A program made the position numbers and the translations under genes. From assembly GCA_951406725.2 (NCBI GenBank), contig OX597838.1, positions 28,396,001-28,460,000 of the forward strand: DNA of 64,000 nucleotides, written 5' to 3'. The notes under the pieces are model-generated. The model saw only the letters and a program-made list of their open reading frames with translations. It did not search any database and was not told where the DNA came from. Shown here piece after piece: positions 22,978 to 36,204 of this stretch; within the stretch, counting starts at the first letter, position 1; the number at the start of each line of letters is the position of its first letter. Source of the stretch: Octopus vulgaris (taxonomy: Eukaryota).

Positions 22978-24188
22978 GGGTGCGATAAAAAAAGTCGTCA
23001 CTTCTACTTTTGCAATCAATAGAGTATTTAGAATTGTTAGAAATAGCAGTTAAATCTCGTTCAAGCCTCACACATTTTTTTAAAAATGAAAAGGATAAAT
23101 TAGATCAGACAAACTGGATGGTGCCACATAAACTCCCTCCTATGGGGAGTCATATAGGGGTCGATTCATTGTCCTTACAATTCTTCAAGGTGATACCCCA
23201 GCATGGCCGCAGTCTAATTGCTGAAACAAGCATAAGATTATATATAAAAAAAAAAGTAATCGCAATCTACATTCTCGGAAAACGTACATTTACCAAATAA
23301 CGAAATTTCCGGAAAGATTCGAGGAAATAAATTTGGATTGTGGGAGACAGCAGTCTGTAGGTATGAGAAGATTATTTGGAGTCGCGTTTGAGGATCGTTC
23401 TCAGTAACACATTGTTTTTGACTTTCGTAAATTAAAAGTAAATTCGCCGCAGAAGGAATTTGAACGTCAGGTGGTGGAAGCGTAAACATGATATATTCTT
23501 TTCTACTCTAGGCACAAGGCAAGAAATTTTGGGGGAGGTGGGGCGACCAATCGATTAGATCGACTCCAGTACGTAACTGGTACTTAATTTATCGACCTCG
23601 GCGGAATTTGAGTTCAGTAAACATAATATAGTATAACCTTAAAATATCATTAAGGTTGATGTTTAATGAATGTCGATAAATTTTAATAATCCTTTCTGCC
23701 GGAAAGTTTGGGATGCGGGGCAAATCGATTTTATCGATCAACTGGTATTTAATTTATTTATATGGAAAAGATGAAAGGTAAAGTCTACCTCTGCAGTATT
23801 TGAACTCAGAACGTCAAGCCCGAAAAAAAAAAAAAAAAAGAAAAAGGCCGTTAAGTAGTCTGTCCGGCTTGCTAAAGATTCTGTCAACTCGTCATAAGTG
23901 ATAACGCATGTCAAATACGAAACCGGATGTGACAAACAGCTGATGGCACTACTACATAATACAGAATATATATTTATACAATGCAGTATACGTATGTAAA
24001 TCTAGAGTATTTTCTAAATTTCAATGGTCAGAACTATTTATAATGGTGTTGGTGACCATAATACATGATAAGATCTAGATTTATTTAAGACAATAATTAC
24101 TGAATTTGCTAAATGTATTCTGTGAAATCACTATAGGATTGTAGCAGCTACAGAGATATATACCTGTTGGGTAGCGCTTTGAAAACTC

Positions 24189-24423
24189 AAGACCATGCTT
24201 TTAAGGATCATTTCTTAAGTATGTGTCGCAACGGTATCCGATTCCTTTGATCGGTCAACAACATCACGATGATGCGAGATCGTATTGAGTCCTGAGCGTG
24301 AAGCAGGATCTCCTGTATCGTTCGTTACTCCGCCTTCAACGAACGTGAGGAATCCATTGAAGATCGTTCTTGAGAGGTTTAATAACTTCTTAAAGAGGGA
24401 CTCGATACTTTCTGAGTGATGTT
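24189..24423 (+). ncRNA. U3: U3 snoRNA, copy 4
   Basis: 235 nt, all boxes present, followed by T6. Confidence 0.95.
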
Positions 24424-26132
24424 ATTTTTTACTAAATTAACAATGGATCAAAACATATGTTACGGGAATTGTGGATTTCGGTTCTAGATGTAAATCTGCT
24501 GTTTCGAAACGGATGATAATATTAGCTTCTGTTTGTTCGACTAAAACCACTTTCTTTTGCTTGTTCCAGTCATTTGACAGCGGCCATGCTGGAGCACCGC
24601 CTTTAGTCGAGCAACTCGACCCCGGACCTATTCTTTGTAAGCCCAGTACTTATTCTATCGGTCACTTTTGCCGAACCGCTACGTTACGGGGACATAAACA
24701 CACCAGCATCTTTGGTCAAGCAATGCTAGGGGGACAAACACACACGCATATATTTATATATATATATACGACGGGCTTCTTTCAGTTTCCATCTACCAAA
24801 TCCACTCACGAGGCTTTGGTCGGCCCGAGGCTATAGTAGAAGACACTTGCCCAAGGTGCCACGCAGTGGGGCTGAACCCGGAACCATGTGGTTGGTAAGC
24901 ACACACAACCACTCCTGCGCCTGGGTGCGATAAAAAAAAGTCGTCACTTCTACTTTTGCAATCAATAGAGTATTTAGAATTGTTAGAAATAGCAGTTAAA
25001 TCTCGTTCAAGCCTCACACATTTTTTTAAAAATGAAAAGGATAAATTAGATCAGACAAACTGGATGGTGCCACATAAACTCCCTCCTATGGGGAGTCATA
25101 TAGGGGTCGATTCATTGTCCTTACAATTCTTCAAGGTGATACCCCAGCATGGCCGCAGTCTAATGGCTGAAACAAGCATAAGATTACATATAAAAAAATT
25201 AATCGCAATCTACATTCTCGGAAAACGTACATTTACCAAATAACGAAATTTCCGGAAAGATTCGAGGAAATAGATTTGGATTGTGGGAGACAGCAGTCTG
25301 TAGGTATGTGAAGATTATTTGGAGTCGCGTTTGAGGATCGTTCTCAGTAACACATATTGTTTTTGACTTTGGTAAATTAAAAGTAAATTCGCCGCAGAAG
25401 GAATTTGAACGTCAGGTGGTGGAAGCGTAAACATGATGTATTCTTTTCTACTCTAGGCACAAGGCAAGAAATTTTGGGGGAGGTGGGGCGACCAATCGAT
25501 TAGATCGACTCCAGTACGTAACTGGTACTTAATTTGTCGACCTCGGCGGAATTTGAGTTCAGTAAACATAATATAGTATAACCTTAAAATATCATTAAGG
25601 TTGATGTTTAATGAATGTCGATAAATTTTAATAATCCTTTCTGCCGGAAAGTTTGGGATGCGGGGCAAATCGATTTTATCGATCAACTGGTATTTAATTT
25701 ATTTATATGGAAAAGATGACAGGTAAAGTCTACCTCTGCAGTATTTGAACTCAGAACGTCAAGCCCGAAAAAAAAGAAAAAAAAAAAAAGGCCGTTAAGT
25801 AGTCTGTCCGGCTTGCTAAAGATTCTGTCAACTCGTCATAAGTGATAACGCATGTCAAATACGAAACCGGATGTGACAAACAGCTGATGGCACTACTACA
25901 CGATACAGAATATATATTTTATACAATGCAGTATATATATATAAATCTAGAGTATTTTCTAAATTTCAATGGTCAGAACTATTTATAATGGTGTTGGTGA
26001 CCATAATACATGATAAGATCTAGATTTATTTAAGACAATAATTACTGAATTCGCTAAATGTATTCTGTGAAATCACTATAGGATTGTAGCAGCTACATAG
26101 ATATGTTCCTGTTGGGTAGCGTTTAAAAATTT

Positions 26133-26367
26133 AAGACCATGCTTTTAAGGATCATTTCTTAAGTATGTGTCGCAACGGTATCCGATTCCTTTGATCGGTC
26201 AACAACATCACGATGATGCCAGATCGTATTGAGTCCTGAGCGTGAAGCAGGATCTCCTGTATCGTTCGTTACTCCGCCTTCAACGAACGTGAGGAATCCA
26301 TTGAAGATCGTTCTTGAGAGGTTTAATAACTTCTTAAAGAGGGACTCGATACTTTCTGAGTGATGTT
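26133..26367 (+). ncRNA. U3: U3 snoRNA, copy 5
   Basis: 235 nt, one G>C change just after box C', followed by T6. Confidence 0.94.
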
Positions 26368-26618
26368 ATTTTTTAGTAAAGTAATAACAGATGGATGGTG
26401 TTGCGGCCGAGGCACAATCAAACAAATGACATTAGTTAAAAAAAAATTGTTGAGTCGCGGTTGTGAGATCGAATTCGTTGGTGGAAGCGGTTGCAGCAGA
26501 GGCACAATCAAACGAGTGACATTAGTAAAAAAAAATTCCAGGGAACTTAAGGACTTTTATAAAGACCATTTTTCAATGTCATTTTGCCGAAAAACGTATT
26601 CGAGAATACCAATTAGAC

Positions 26619-26665
26619 GTTTAATAACTTCTTAAAGAGGGACTCAATACTTTCTGAATGATGTT
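26619..26665 (+). pseudogene. U3: U3 3'-end fragment
   Basis: GTTTAATAACTTCTTAAAGAGGGACTCAATACTTTCTGAATGATGTT followed by a flank resembling the 3' flank of copy 1. Confidence 0.85.
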
Positions 26666-28085
26666 ATTTTTTTTACTAAACTAATAACAGATTTATTTCC
26701 CGACACAGATAATACGGGCTTTGCAAATTTTGGCTGCCCACGACGGAATTTGAACTCGGAACATGGAGGCAGACGAAATGTCGTTATGCATTTCGCCCGG
26801 CGTGCTAATGTTTCTTCTTTCTTTATTGCACACAAGGAGATTAAACGTAGGGGGGACTAGGGTATTTGGTCGATTACGTCGACCCCGGTGCGTAATTGGT
26901 ACTTAATTTATTGACCCCGAAAGGGTGAAGGGCAAAGTCGACCTCGGCGGAATCTGAACTAAAACGTGGCGACAGACAAAATACCTATTTCTTTACTGCC
27001 CGCGAGGAAAAATGAAATAGTATTATTTAAAATGTCGAAAAGCAAAAGAAAATAACAAAAACTTGTTGAGAACCTTTCAGTAAGGTATCCCTAGCATGTT
27101 CACAATGAATTACAGGCCCCAAAAAGCATTCGATAGTTAAAGGATTAAAATTATCAAAGGACATAGGTATATCTACCAACTGCAAATAACAGTTGAGAAA
27201 CTCTTATTTAAATTGCCGATGTAAATAAGAGTTTTAACTGCTGTTTCAATCAATGAACATAATTGATTAATTTTAATCGGCGATTTAAATAAGAGCCTTG
27301 CCTGTTATTTCCAGCAGATAGACTTGATTAATTTTAATCCTTGCGGCAGACAAAATGCTGTTAAGCATTTCACCCGTTTCTTCTTTCTTTATTTGCACAC
27401 AATACGACACCGCTACGGTAAATGGATTTTTTTCTAGTGGTGTCAAATGAAAATGTCACCCATAATTATGGCCCTAGTATCGATCTATTGCATTTCAATC
27501 TATTTTAGATTTAGGGTTAGGGGTTGGGGAAGGATATCTTTTTTTCTTCACAAATGTAAATAAACCCAATCTGTTTCTTAAGGGAGGGACATATTCATTA
27601 TGCACAGAATGTTATTTACCTAAATGGAGGTCAGCGATTGGTTAAAATATGTTAGAACATATAGAATTTTCTCAATAAAGCCAAGAGAAAATGATGTTTT
27701 ATAAACATATTCTGCCAGTAGACGAAGTTCAAAACTTTTTAGTTACCTAGAAATTGTTACAAAGTGCCGTTCAAAAGGAAAAGATGGAGGGAGTTTATGT
27801 GGCACCATCCAGTTTGTCTGATCTAATTTTATCCCTTTCATTACAAAAAAAAGTGTGTGAGACTTGAACGAGATTTAACTGCTATTTCTAACAATTCTAA
27901 ATACTCTATTGATTGCAAAAGTAGAAGTGATGTCTTTCTTTTTTTTATGGCATCCAGTGGTTTTAGACGAACAAACCGAAGCTAATATTATAATCATACG
28001 TTTCGAAACAGCAAAGAGAAGATACATCTTGAACCGAAACCCACAATAACATATGTTATGATCTATTATTAATTTAGTAGAAAAT

Positions 28086-28320
28086 AACATCACTCAGAAA
28101 GTATCGAGTCCCTCTTTAAGAAGTTATTAAACCTCTCAAGAACGATCTTCAATGGATTCCTCACGTTCGTTGAAGGCGGAGTAACGAACGATAGAGGAGA
28201 TCCTGCTTCACGCTCAGGACTCAATACGATCTCGCATCATCGTGATGTTGTTGACCGATCAAAGGAATCGGATACCGTTGCGACACATACTTAAGAAATG
28301 ATCCTTAAAAGCATGGTCTT
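28086..28320 (-). ncRNA. U3: U3 snoRNA, copy 7 (inverted)
   Basis: Reverse complement of the 235-nt U3; upstream flank nearly identical to that of copy 5. Confidence 0.95.
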
Positions 28321-29878
28321 AAATTTTTAAACGCTACCCAACAGGAACATATCTATGTAGCTGCTACAATCCTATAGTGATTTCACAGAATACATTTAGC
28401 GAATTCAGTAATTATTGTCTTAAATAAATCTAGATCTTATCATGTATTATGGTCACCAACACCATTATAAATAGTTCTGACCATTGAAATTTAGAAAATA
28501 CTCTAGATTTATATATATATATGCATTGTATAAAATATATATTCTGTATTGTGTAGTAGTGCCATCAGCTGTTTGTCACATCCGGTTTCGTATTTTGACA
28601 CTTATGACGAACTGACAGAATCTTTAGCAAGCCGGACAGACTACTTAACGGCCTTTTTCTTTTCTTTTTTTTTCGGGCTTGACGTTCTGAGTTCAAATAC
28701 TGCAGAGGTAGACTTTACCTTTCATCTTTTCCGTATAAATAAATTAAATACCAGTTGATCGATAAAATCGATTTGCCCCGCATCCCAAACTTTCCGGCAG
28801 AAAGGATTATTAAAATTTATCGACATTCATTAAACATCAACCTTAATGATATTTTAAGGTTATACTATATTATGTTTACTGAACTCAAATTCCGCCGAGG
28901 TCGACAAATTAAGTACCAGTTACGTACTGGAGTCGATCTAATCGATTGGTCGCCCCACCTCCCCCAAAATTTCTTGCCTTGTGCCTAGAGTAGAAAAGAA
29001 TACATCATGTTTACGCTTCCACCACCTGACGTTCAAATTCCTTCTGCGGCGAATTTACTTTTAATTTACCAAAGTCAAAAAAAATATGTGTTACTGAGAA
29101 AGATCCTCAAACGCGACTCCAAATAATCTTCACATACCTACAGACTGCTATCTCCCACAATCCAAATTTGTTTCCTCGAATCTTTCCGGAAATTTCGTTA
29201 TTTGGTAAATGTACGTTTTCCGAGAATGTAGATTGCGATTACTTTTTTTTTTATATATAATCTTATGCTTGTTTCAGCCATTAGACTGCGGCCATGCTGG
29301 GGTATCACCTTGAAGAATTGTAAGGACAATGAATCGACCCCTATATGACTCCCCATTGGAGGGAGTTTATGTGGCACCATCCAGTTGGTCATGGCGCAGT
29401 GGTGGCTGTGTGCTTACCAACCACATGGTTCCGGTTTCAGTCCTACTGCGTGGCACCTTGGGCAAGTGTCTTCTACTATAACTTCGGGCCGACCAAAGCC
29501 CTGAGTGGATTTGGTAGACGGAAACTGAAAGAAGCCCGTCGTATATATATATATATATGTGCGTGTGCGTTTGTCCATTGTCTCGACCACGGTCGAACAA
29601 TGATGATTGTCCCCCTAGCATTGCTTGACCAAAGATGCTGGTGTGTTTATGTCCCCGTAACGTAGCGGCTCGGCAAAAGTGACCGATAGAATAAGTCCCG
29701 GGGCCGAGTTGCTCGACTAAAGGCGGTGCTCCAGCATGGCCTCAGTCAAATGACTGAAACAAGCAAAAGAAAGTGGTTTTAGTCGAACAAAATTTCGAAA
29801 CAGCAGAGATACATCTAGAACCGAAATCCACAGACCCCATGACATATTATGATCTATTGTTAATTTAGTATAAAAAAT

Positions 29879-30113
29879 AACATCACTCAGAAAGTATCGA
29901 GTCCCTCTTTAAGAAGTTATTAAACCTCTCAAGAACGATCTTCAATGGATTCCTCACGTTCGTTGAAGGCGGAGTAACGAACGATACAGGAGATCCTGCT
30001 TCACGCTCAGGACTCAATACGATCTCGCATCATCGTGATGTTGTTGACCGATCAAAGGAATCGGATACCGTTGCGACACATACTTAAGAAATGATCCTTA
30101 AAAGCATGGTCTT
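29879..30113 (-). ncRNA. U3: U3 snoRNA, copy 8 (inverted)
   Basis: Reverse complement of the 235-nt U3, followed by T6 on its own strand. Confidence 0.95.
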
Positions 30114-30767
30114 AAAATTTTATGAACGCTACCCAAAGATATATACGTGGCTGTTTTACTTATGTAGTGGTTTCAAAGAATATAATTAACAAAGAACTTA
30201 ATTAACTGTAAAGTAAATATAAAGCTTAAATAAATATTTTCTTTTCTTAAAGTATTCTAAATTGTTCTGTATCTAAATATTGAGAAAACACATTAGATTT
30301 AGTATGTATAAACTGGTTTGTATAAAGTATTTCTGTTAAATTTTGCGATTCAGTCATCAGCTGCTTCTAACATCCGGTTTCTATTTGACGTCATTATTCT
30401 TAGCTCGTATTATCCCTTATCGTTGTTTATACTTAATACAGTTATCAATCTTAATAATATTTTCAGATGATAATACGTTTATGTCTACACATTATTTTAG
30501 TTTACGTTGTTTGTTCAAATTCCGTCTGGTTCAACAGTGAATTATATTTTTACAAGCTAAAGTAATTATTTCCCGGTGAAGCACCAATAAACGTTCCGAC
30601 TGCAAACACGTTACCTCCATAAGTAATCATATTTTATGCTTATATCAAATGATTATCAAAATCAATTTCGGTGTAAATTGCGAGTATCGTGTTCATTCAA
30701 ATATGAAACAAAATACACTCCAAACAGAAAACTCTAAATTGTTAACAGATGATACTTAAATTTAGGC

Positions 30768-30811
30768 GAAGTTCCGGTTACTTAGTAATATCGGTTTGTT
30801 TACATAGCAAC
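30768..30811. promoter_or_regulatory. Promoter-like island with an RFX X-box-like site (GTTTACATAGCAAC, 30798-30811) and ETS-like TTCCGGT
   Basis: Motif match in non-repetitive, CpG-retaining sequence. Confidence 0.4.
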
Positions 30812-30911
30812 GGTTGGTAGTGTGAAGACAGCGGGATAAACTACTATAGCCTCGGTCTGATCAAAACTTTGTGAGTGGATTTGGTAGACGGAGACTAAAA
30901 GAAACCCGTCA

Positions 30912-30998
<87 letters not shown>

Positions 30999-31013
30999 AT
31001 ATCTATATATATA

Positions 31014-31052
<39 letters not shown>

Positions 31053-31109
31053 GCCTGCCTATCTATCTATCTATCTATCTGTCTATCTATCTGTCTATCT
31101 ATCTATCTG

Positions 31110-31140
<31 letters not shown>

Positions 31141-31149
31141 GTCTGTCTC

Positions 31150-31190
<41 letters not shown>

Positions 31191-31191
31191 A

Positions 31192-31246
<55 letters not shown>

Positions 31247-31714
31247 AATCTATCTATCTATCTATCTATGCATGCATGTATGTATGTATGTATGTATGTA
31301 TGTATGTTTGTATGTGCGTGTGTGTGTGTGTATGTATATATTTACGTGAGCGTGTTTTTGTGTCTGTGTTTGTCCCACCACCACCACCACCATCACTTGA
31401 CTACCGATGCTGGTGTGTTTACGTCCCCGTAACTTAGTGGTTCGGCAAAAGACACTGATTGAATAAGTACTAGGCTTACAAAGAATAAATCCTGGGGTCG
31501 ATTTCTTCGACTAAAAAACCCTTAATGGCGGTGCTCTAGCATAGCTGCAGTGAAATGACTGAAACAAGCAAAACAAGTAAAAGAATAAAAGAATTCAGAT
31601 TGAAGACTTCACTAGAGTGGACGCAAGCGCTAATATATGATTTATAAAAACATGTGACATATTAATAAATATTTGTAAATATAAAACCATCCAGATTTCT
31701 GAGTACTTTATTTC

Positions 31715-31766
<52 letters not shown>

Positions 31767-33537
31767 AAAAGTAAAAAATATATACAAACTGGGACAAGAA
31801 CGTGAAACACCTAGAAGACGACACAAGAACCACAGGACGGGACATTCGAAGCCCTCAGTCATCAGTCAAGAACCGGATCATCTTCGCAATTTCGGCTGAT
31901 TAATCTTGAAATTGCTCCGACCTGGGCAGCCCCCAGGGGAAATCTAAGCCAAGCGCATTAGATCCCTTGGAAGAAAGCTTCGAATGTATACAACACAAGG
32001 ACGTAAAACGAACGATGTACACGAATAAAAATACAGAAATACGTGAAAACAATAAGGAAAGCACGAATAAGAATACAAAAACGTAAAAACAATAAAGGTA
32101 AGGATAAAAAACAAAACCAGGACGTAGGACAAGGGTCTTTCGACAGGACGAGTTGAGTTGGGGGCTGGCTTATGGAGTTGTGCATTATGGCCGCGGGAGA
32201 CAAACAAAAACGTGTTGCTTCAACGACGACTATATATACATTGGTCGGTCCGAGGCTATAGCGGACAAATACTTCCCCACATCGTGAGACTGAACCCGGA
32301 ACTTTGCGGGTATATGTATATATGTACACACATACACACGCGCACGCACGGACACACACACACACACACATGTATGTATGTATGTATTAAAGAAAGGAAA
32401 AAATAAAACAAAAATGATAGTGTCCAGTAGTTGGTTCAGTATGCTGGCCACAGGAATTTCTGTCCAAGAAAGTCGTTCATCCTCTATATCTTTCTCTCAC
32501 ATACCCCCCCTCTCTCTCTCTCTCGCCACCCCTCTTTCTCATCCTCTCTTTCTCCCTCCCTCCCTCCCCCCTCTCTGTCTGTCTGTCTTCGCCACCGCCC
32601 TACTATTACTATATACATACTATTACTTTCACCGCAGCACAAGGAAGTGTCATTGAACAGTGAGAGTGGGGTCAAAGTGTGACACACTGACACACAGAAA
32701 TTAGTTTACTCATTTATTATACTAGATATTTGATTTTGAGGAAACTGTTGGTTCAGTATGCTGACCACAGGAATTTCTGTCCAAGAAAGTTGTACATCAT
32801 TTCCGTCTGTCTCTCACATACCCACTCTTTCTCTCTCTCTCCCATTGCCACCATCAACACAACTCCTTTTATTAAAACATCATGAGCTCTCCCTAAATCT
32901 CTTTATCTCTCTCTGTCTCTGCCTGTCTCCGCCACCGCTCTCACCGTCCTACTATGCCTACTATTACTCTCACCCAAGCACGAGGAAGCGTCATTGAATA
33001 GTGAGAGAGTGTGTGTGTGTGTGGGGGGGGGGCAAAGTGTGACACACTGACACACAGAAATTGGTTTTTGCATTTATTATGTTAGATGTTCTGAGTTTTG
33101 GTTTTTTCGTGTTTGGTTCGCCAAACCTGTTTGTGTGTGCGTGTGTGCATGCGTGCGTGCATGTGTGTGTGTGCGTGCGTGCGTGCGTGCATGTGTGTGT
33201 GTGTGTGCGTGTGTGTGTGCGTGCGTGCGTGTTTGTGTGTGGTAAGATGTTTTACTTACCAACCGCAAAGTTCCGGGTTCAGTCTCACGATGTGGGGAAG
33301 TGTTTGTTCCGCTATAGCCTCGGACCGACCAATGTCGACTTGGTGTACGGAAACTGAAAGAATCACATCGTACATGAGGGGACAGCCATCATGTATGTAT
33401 GTATGTATGTATGTATGTATGTATGTATGTATGTATGTATGTATGTATGCATGTATGCATGTATTTATGTATGTATGTATGTATGTATGTATGTATGTAT
33501 GTATGTATGTATGTGTGTGTGTGTGTGTGTATGTATG

Positions 33538-33571
<34 letters not shown>

Positions 33572-35403
33572 TGTATTTATGCATATATGTATGAATGTGT
33601 GTATGCTTGTATGTATGTATGCTTGTATGTTTGCATGTATGTATGTATGTATGTATGTATGTGTGTGTGTGTGTATATGTATGTATGTTTGAGCGTATGC
33701 GTGTATATTTATGTGTGACTATAATGAGTCAGTGTGTGTGTGTTTGAGAGAGAGGGTATGGTGCCTCACTTTACGTTACACATCAGTAAAAAAAGATTTT
33801 AAAGGGACATAACTTTAACAAAAGAAGACGCGGTTATGCTTCTTATTTATGTCCTGTTTCTTTTGTGGAATAAAACTATCGTCTGTGATAACTTGGTCTG
33901 ATTTGTTCGACTAAACCCTTCTGGCACGGCACCAGTCGATCGACAAGAACAAAGCGTTTTGCTTAAGGACACCACGCGCCGCCGGGGATCGAACACCCTA
34001 TAGTAGAAAAGTGTATACTTTGTCGAACCCATTACTTGGCTAATTCGTATTTTATCTTATCGATTCCAGAGAGAGAAAACGCTAAGTTGATATCGGCAGG
34101 ATTTGTACTCAGGACCTAAAAAAAAAAAAACGGAAAAAAAAATACCGCAAAGTATTTTCTCCCAAAACGCCGTTTTGCTAGATTTAAAATGGTTTCAAAT
34201 TTTGGCACAAGGCCAGCAAATTCGGGAGATGGAGTAAGTCGATTCAGCGACCCTGCCCCCAGTCTTCAACTGGTACCCCGAGAGGATGAAAGGCAAAGCC
34301 AACCTTGGCGTAATTTGAACGCAAAGACAGACCCGGTTCTTATTTCTTTACTGCCCACAAGGGGCTACACAGAGGGGACAAACAAGGACAGACAAACGGA
34401 TAAAGTCGATTACATCGATCTCAGTGCGTAACTGGTACTTATTTAATCGATCCCGAAAGGATGAAAGGGAAAGTCGACCACGGCGGAATTTGAACTCAGT
34501 CGTAGCGGCAGACGAAATACGGCTACACATTTCACCCGGTATGCTAACGTTTCTGCCAGCTCGCCGCAAAGACAGACCCGATTCTACCAGCTCGCCGCCG
34601 CCTTACAGGGTGGACTATAATAATCCGTTCTGCTATAGGTAAGGCCTGAAATTTGGGAGCAAGGGACTAATCGATTACCAGAAGGCGACTGGTACTTATT
34701 TTATCGATCCCCGATAGCACGGAATGTTTTCAGCCCAAATGGACTCCAGCGATTGGTTAAAATTGCCGAAATGCTCGATTTTAAAGTGGAAATATCTTAC
34801 AAACTATAGAATTTTCTCAATAAAGCCAAGAAAAAAATGATGTTTTATAAACGCATTCTACCAGTATACGAAGTTTAAAAGTGTTTAGTTACGTGGAAAT
34901 TGTGTTGACATATGCCGTTCAAAAGGAAAAGATCCAAAACTGTTATCGCCGTAAATCATGTGATACATTTACGCATCTAATTATATTATTTAGATTCTGC
35001 ACAGCTCTGCACTCTTTCATGCCACCCCCACCCCTCAAGCTACTGTTCCAAATACTATCAGTCCGGTGGGATAAGGGAGTGGAACAGAAGGAGGGATGAC
35101 GATCAGCTGAAATGCCATGTGACAGACATGATGGTTCTTACATCCTTCTTCGTTCTCGATTCAATTACTCACTGTAAAACGGTGTTGAAGTTTTCCAGTT
35201 CCATTCTTTTATTCTTTTATTCTCTTATTCTTTTACTTGTTTCAGTCATTTGACTGCGGCCATGCTGGAGCACCACCCAAATCGACCCTTAAGACTTATT
35301 CTTTGTAAGCCTAGTACTTATTCTATCGGTTTCTTTTGCCGAACTGCTAAGTTATGGCGTCGTAGACACACCAACATCGGTTGTCAAGCGATTGACACAC
35401 ACA

Positions 35404-35694
35404 TCATCATCATCATTGTTCGACCGTGGTCGAGACAATGGAATTTACCATGTTACGCCAGACTTCACGGTCCATCATAGCATTACGGAGGTCCTGTTGC
35501 TAGATGCCTGTATCCCTGGAGATTACATCAGGGTAGGAGAGTGTGCGCCCTTTGGTATCGCAAGTAGATGGCTTCCAGAGGAGAAGAGTAGAAATTACTT
35601 CTTTTTCAGCTCTACAACAATGTCCAGCAAACTGGACTCTCCTACCTTTCACAAGAGTACTCCTACCTTGTGAAAGGTAGGAGTACTTTCAACG
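35404..35694 (-). mobile_element. RTE-like LINE 3' fragment inserted in a SINE A, flanked by an ~82-bp duplication
   Basis: VQFAGHCCRAEKEVISTLLLWKP...AMMDREVWR, (TGA)n tail; 35322-35403 repeated at 35695-35776. Confidence 0.85.
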
Positions 35695-36152
35695 TCTATC
35701 GGTTTCTTTTGCCGAACTGCTAAGTTATGGCATCGTAGACACACCAACGTCGGTTGTCAAGCGATTGACACACACACACACACACACACACACACGATGG
35801 GCTTCTTTCAGTTTCCGTCAACGAAATCCACTCACAAGGTTTTAGTCGGCCCGAGGCTGTTGTAGAAGACACTTGCCCCAGGCGTCATATGGTTGGTAAG
35901 CAAGCTACTTACCACACAACCACGCCTATGACGAGCTTCTTTCAGTGTGACTCTACCAAATCCACTCACAAAGCTTTAGTCGACCCGGGGTTATAGAAAA
36001 AAGGCACTTGCCTAATGTAACGACATATAGTGGGACCGAACCCAGAATCACGCGGTTAGGAAGAAAAGTTCTTACCCCACACAGCCACTCATGTGTGTAC
36101 TGTTTCTAACATAGGCACAAGGGCCAGAAATTTTGTGAGAGGGGACCAATCA

Positions 36153-36153
36153 G

Positions 36154-36204
<51 letters not shown>

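Larger units (their letters stand above)
21950..26375 (+). repeat. Tandem segmental duplication, ~1.94-kb unit carrying U3
   Basis: U3 starts are 1938 and 1944 bp apart; spacers, including SINE pieces, are near-identical. Confidence 0.95.
24170..30135. repeat. Large inverted repeat: arms ~24170-26375 and ~28080-30135, spacer ~1.7 kb
   Basis: 28321-29385 is the near-perfect reverse complement of ~25065-26132; copies 4/8 and 5/7 are mirror pairs. Confidence 0.92.

Noticed and set aside
22531-25686. Repeated ORFs (MDFGSRCK.., MQSIEYLE.., MIDKIDLP..) that look like a gene family
   Set aside because: They recur only because of the segmental duplication, overlap SINE pieces, and are frameshifted between copies
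19415-30113. CRISPR-like or satellite reading of the recurring 235-nt unit
   Set aside because: The unit has the full U3 box order and stems; spacers are kilobase paralogous flanks; no cas genes; eukaryotic context
31765-32170. Possible solo LTR or other retroelement terminus
   Set aside because: No clear termini, TSD or second copy in the window
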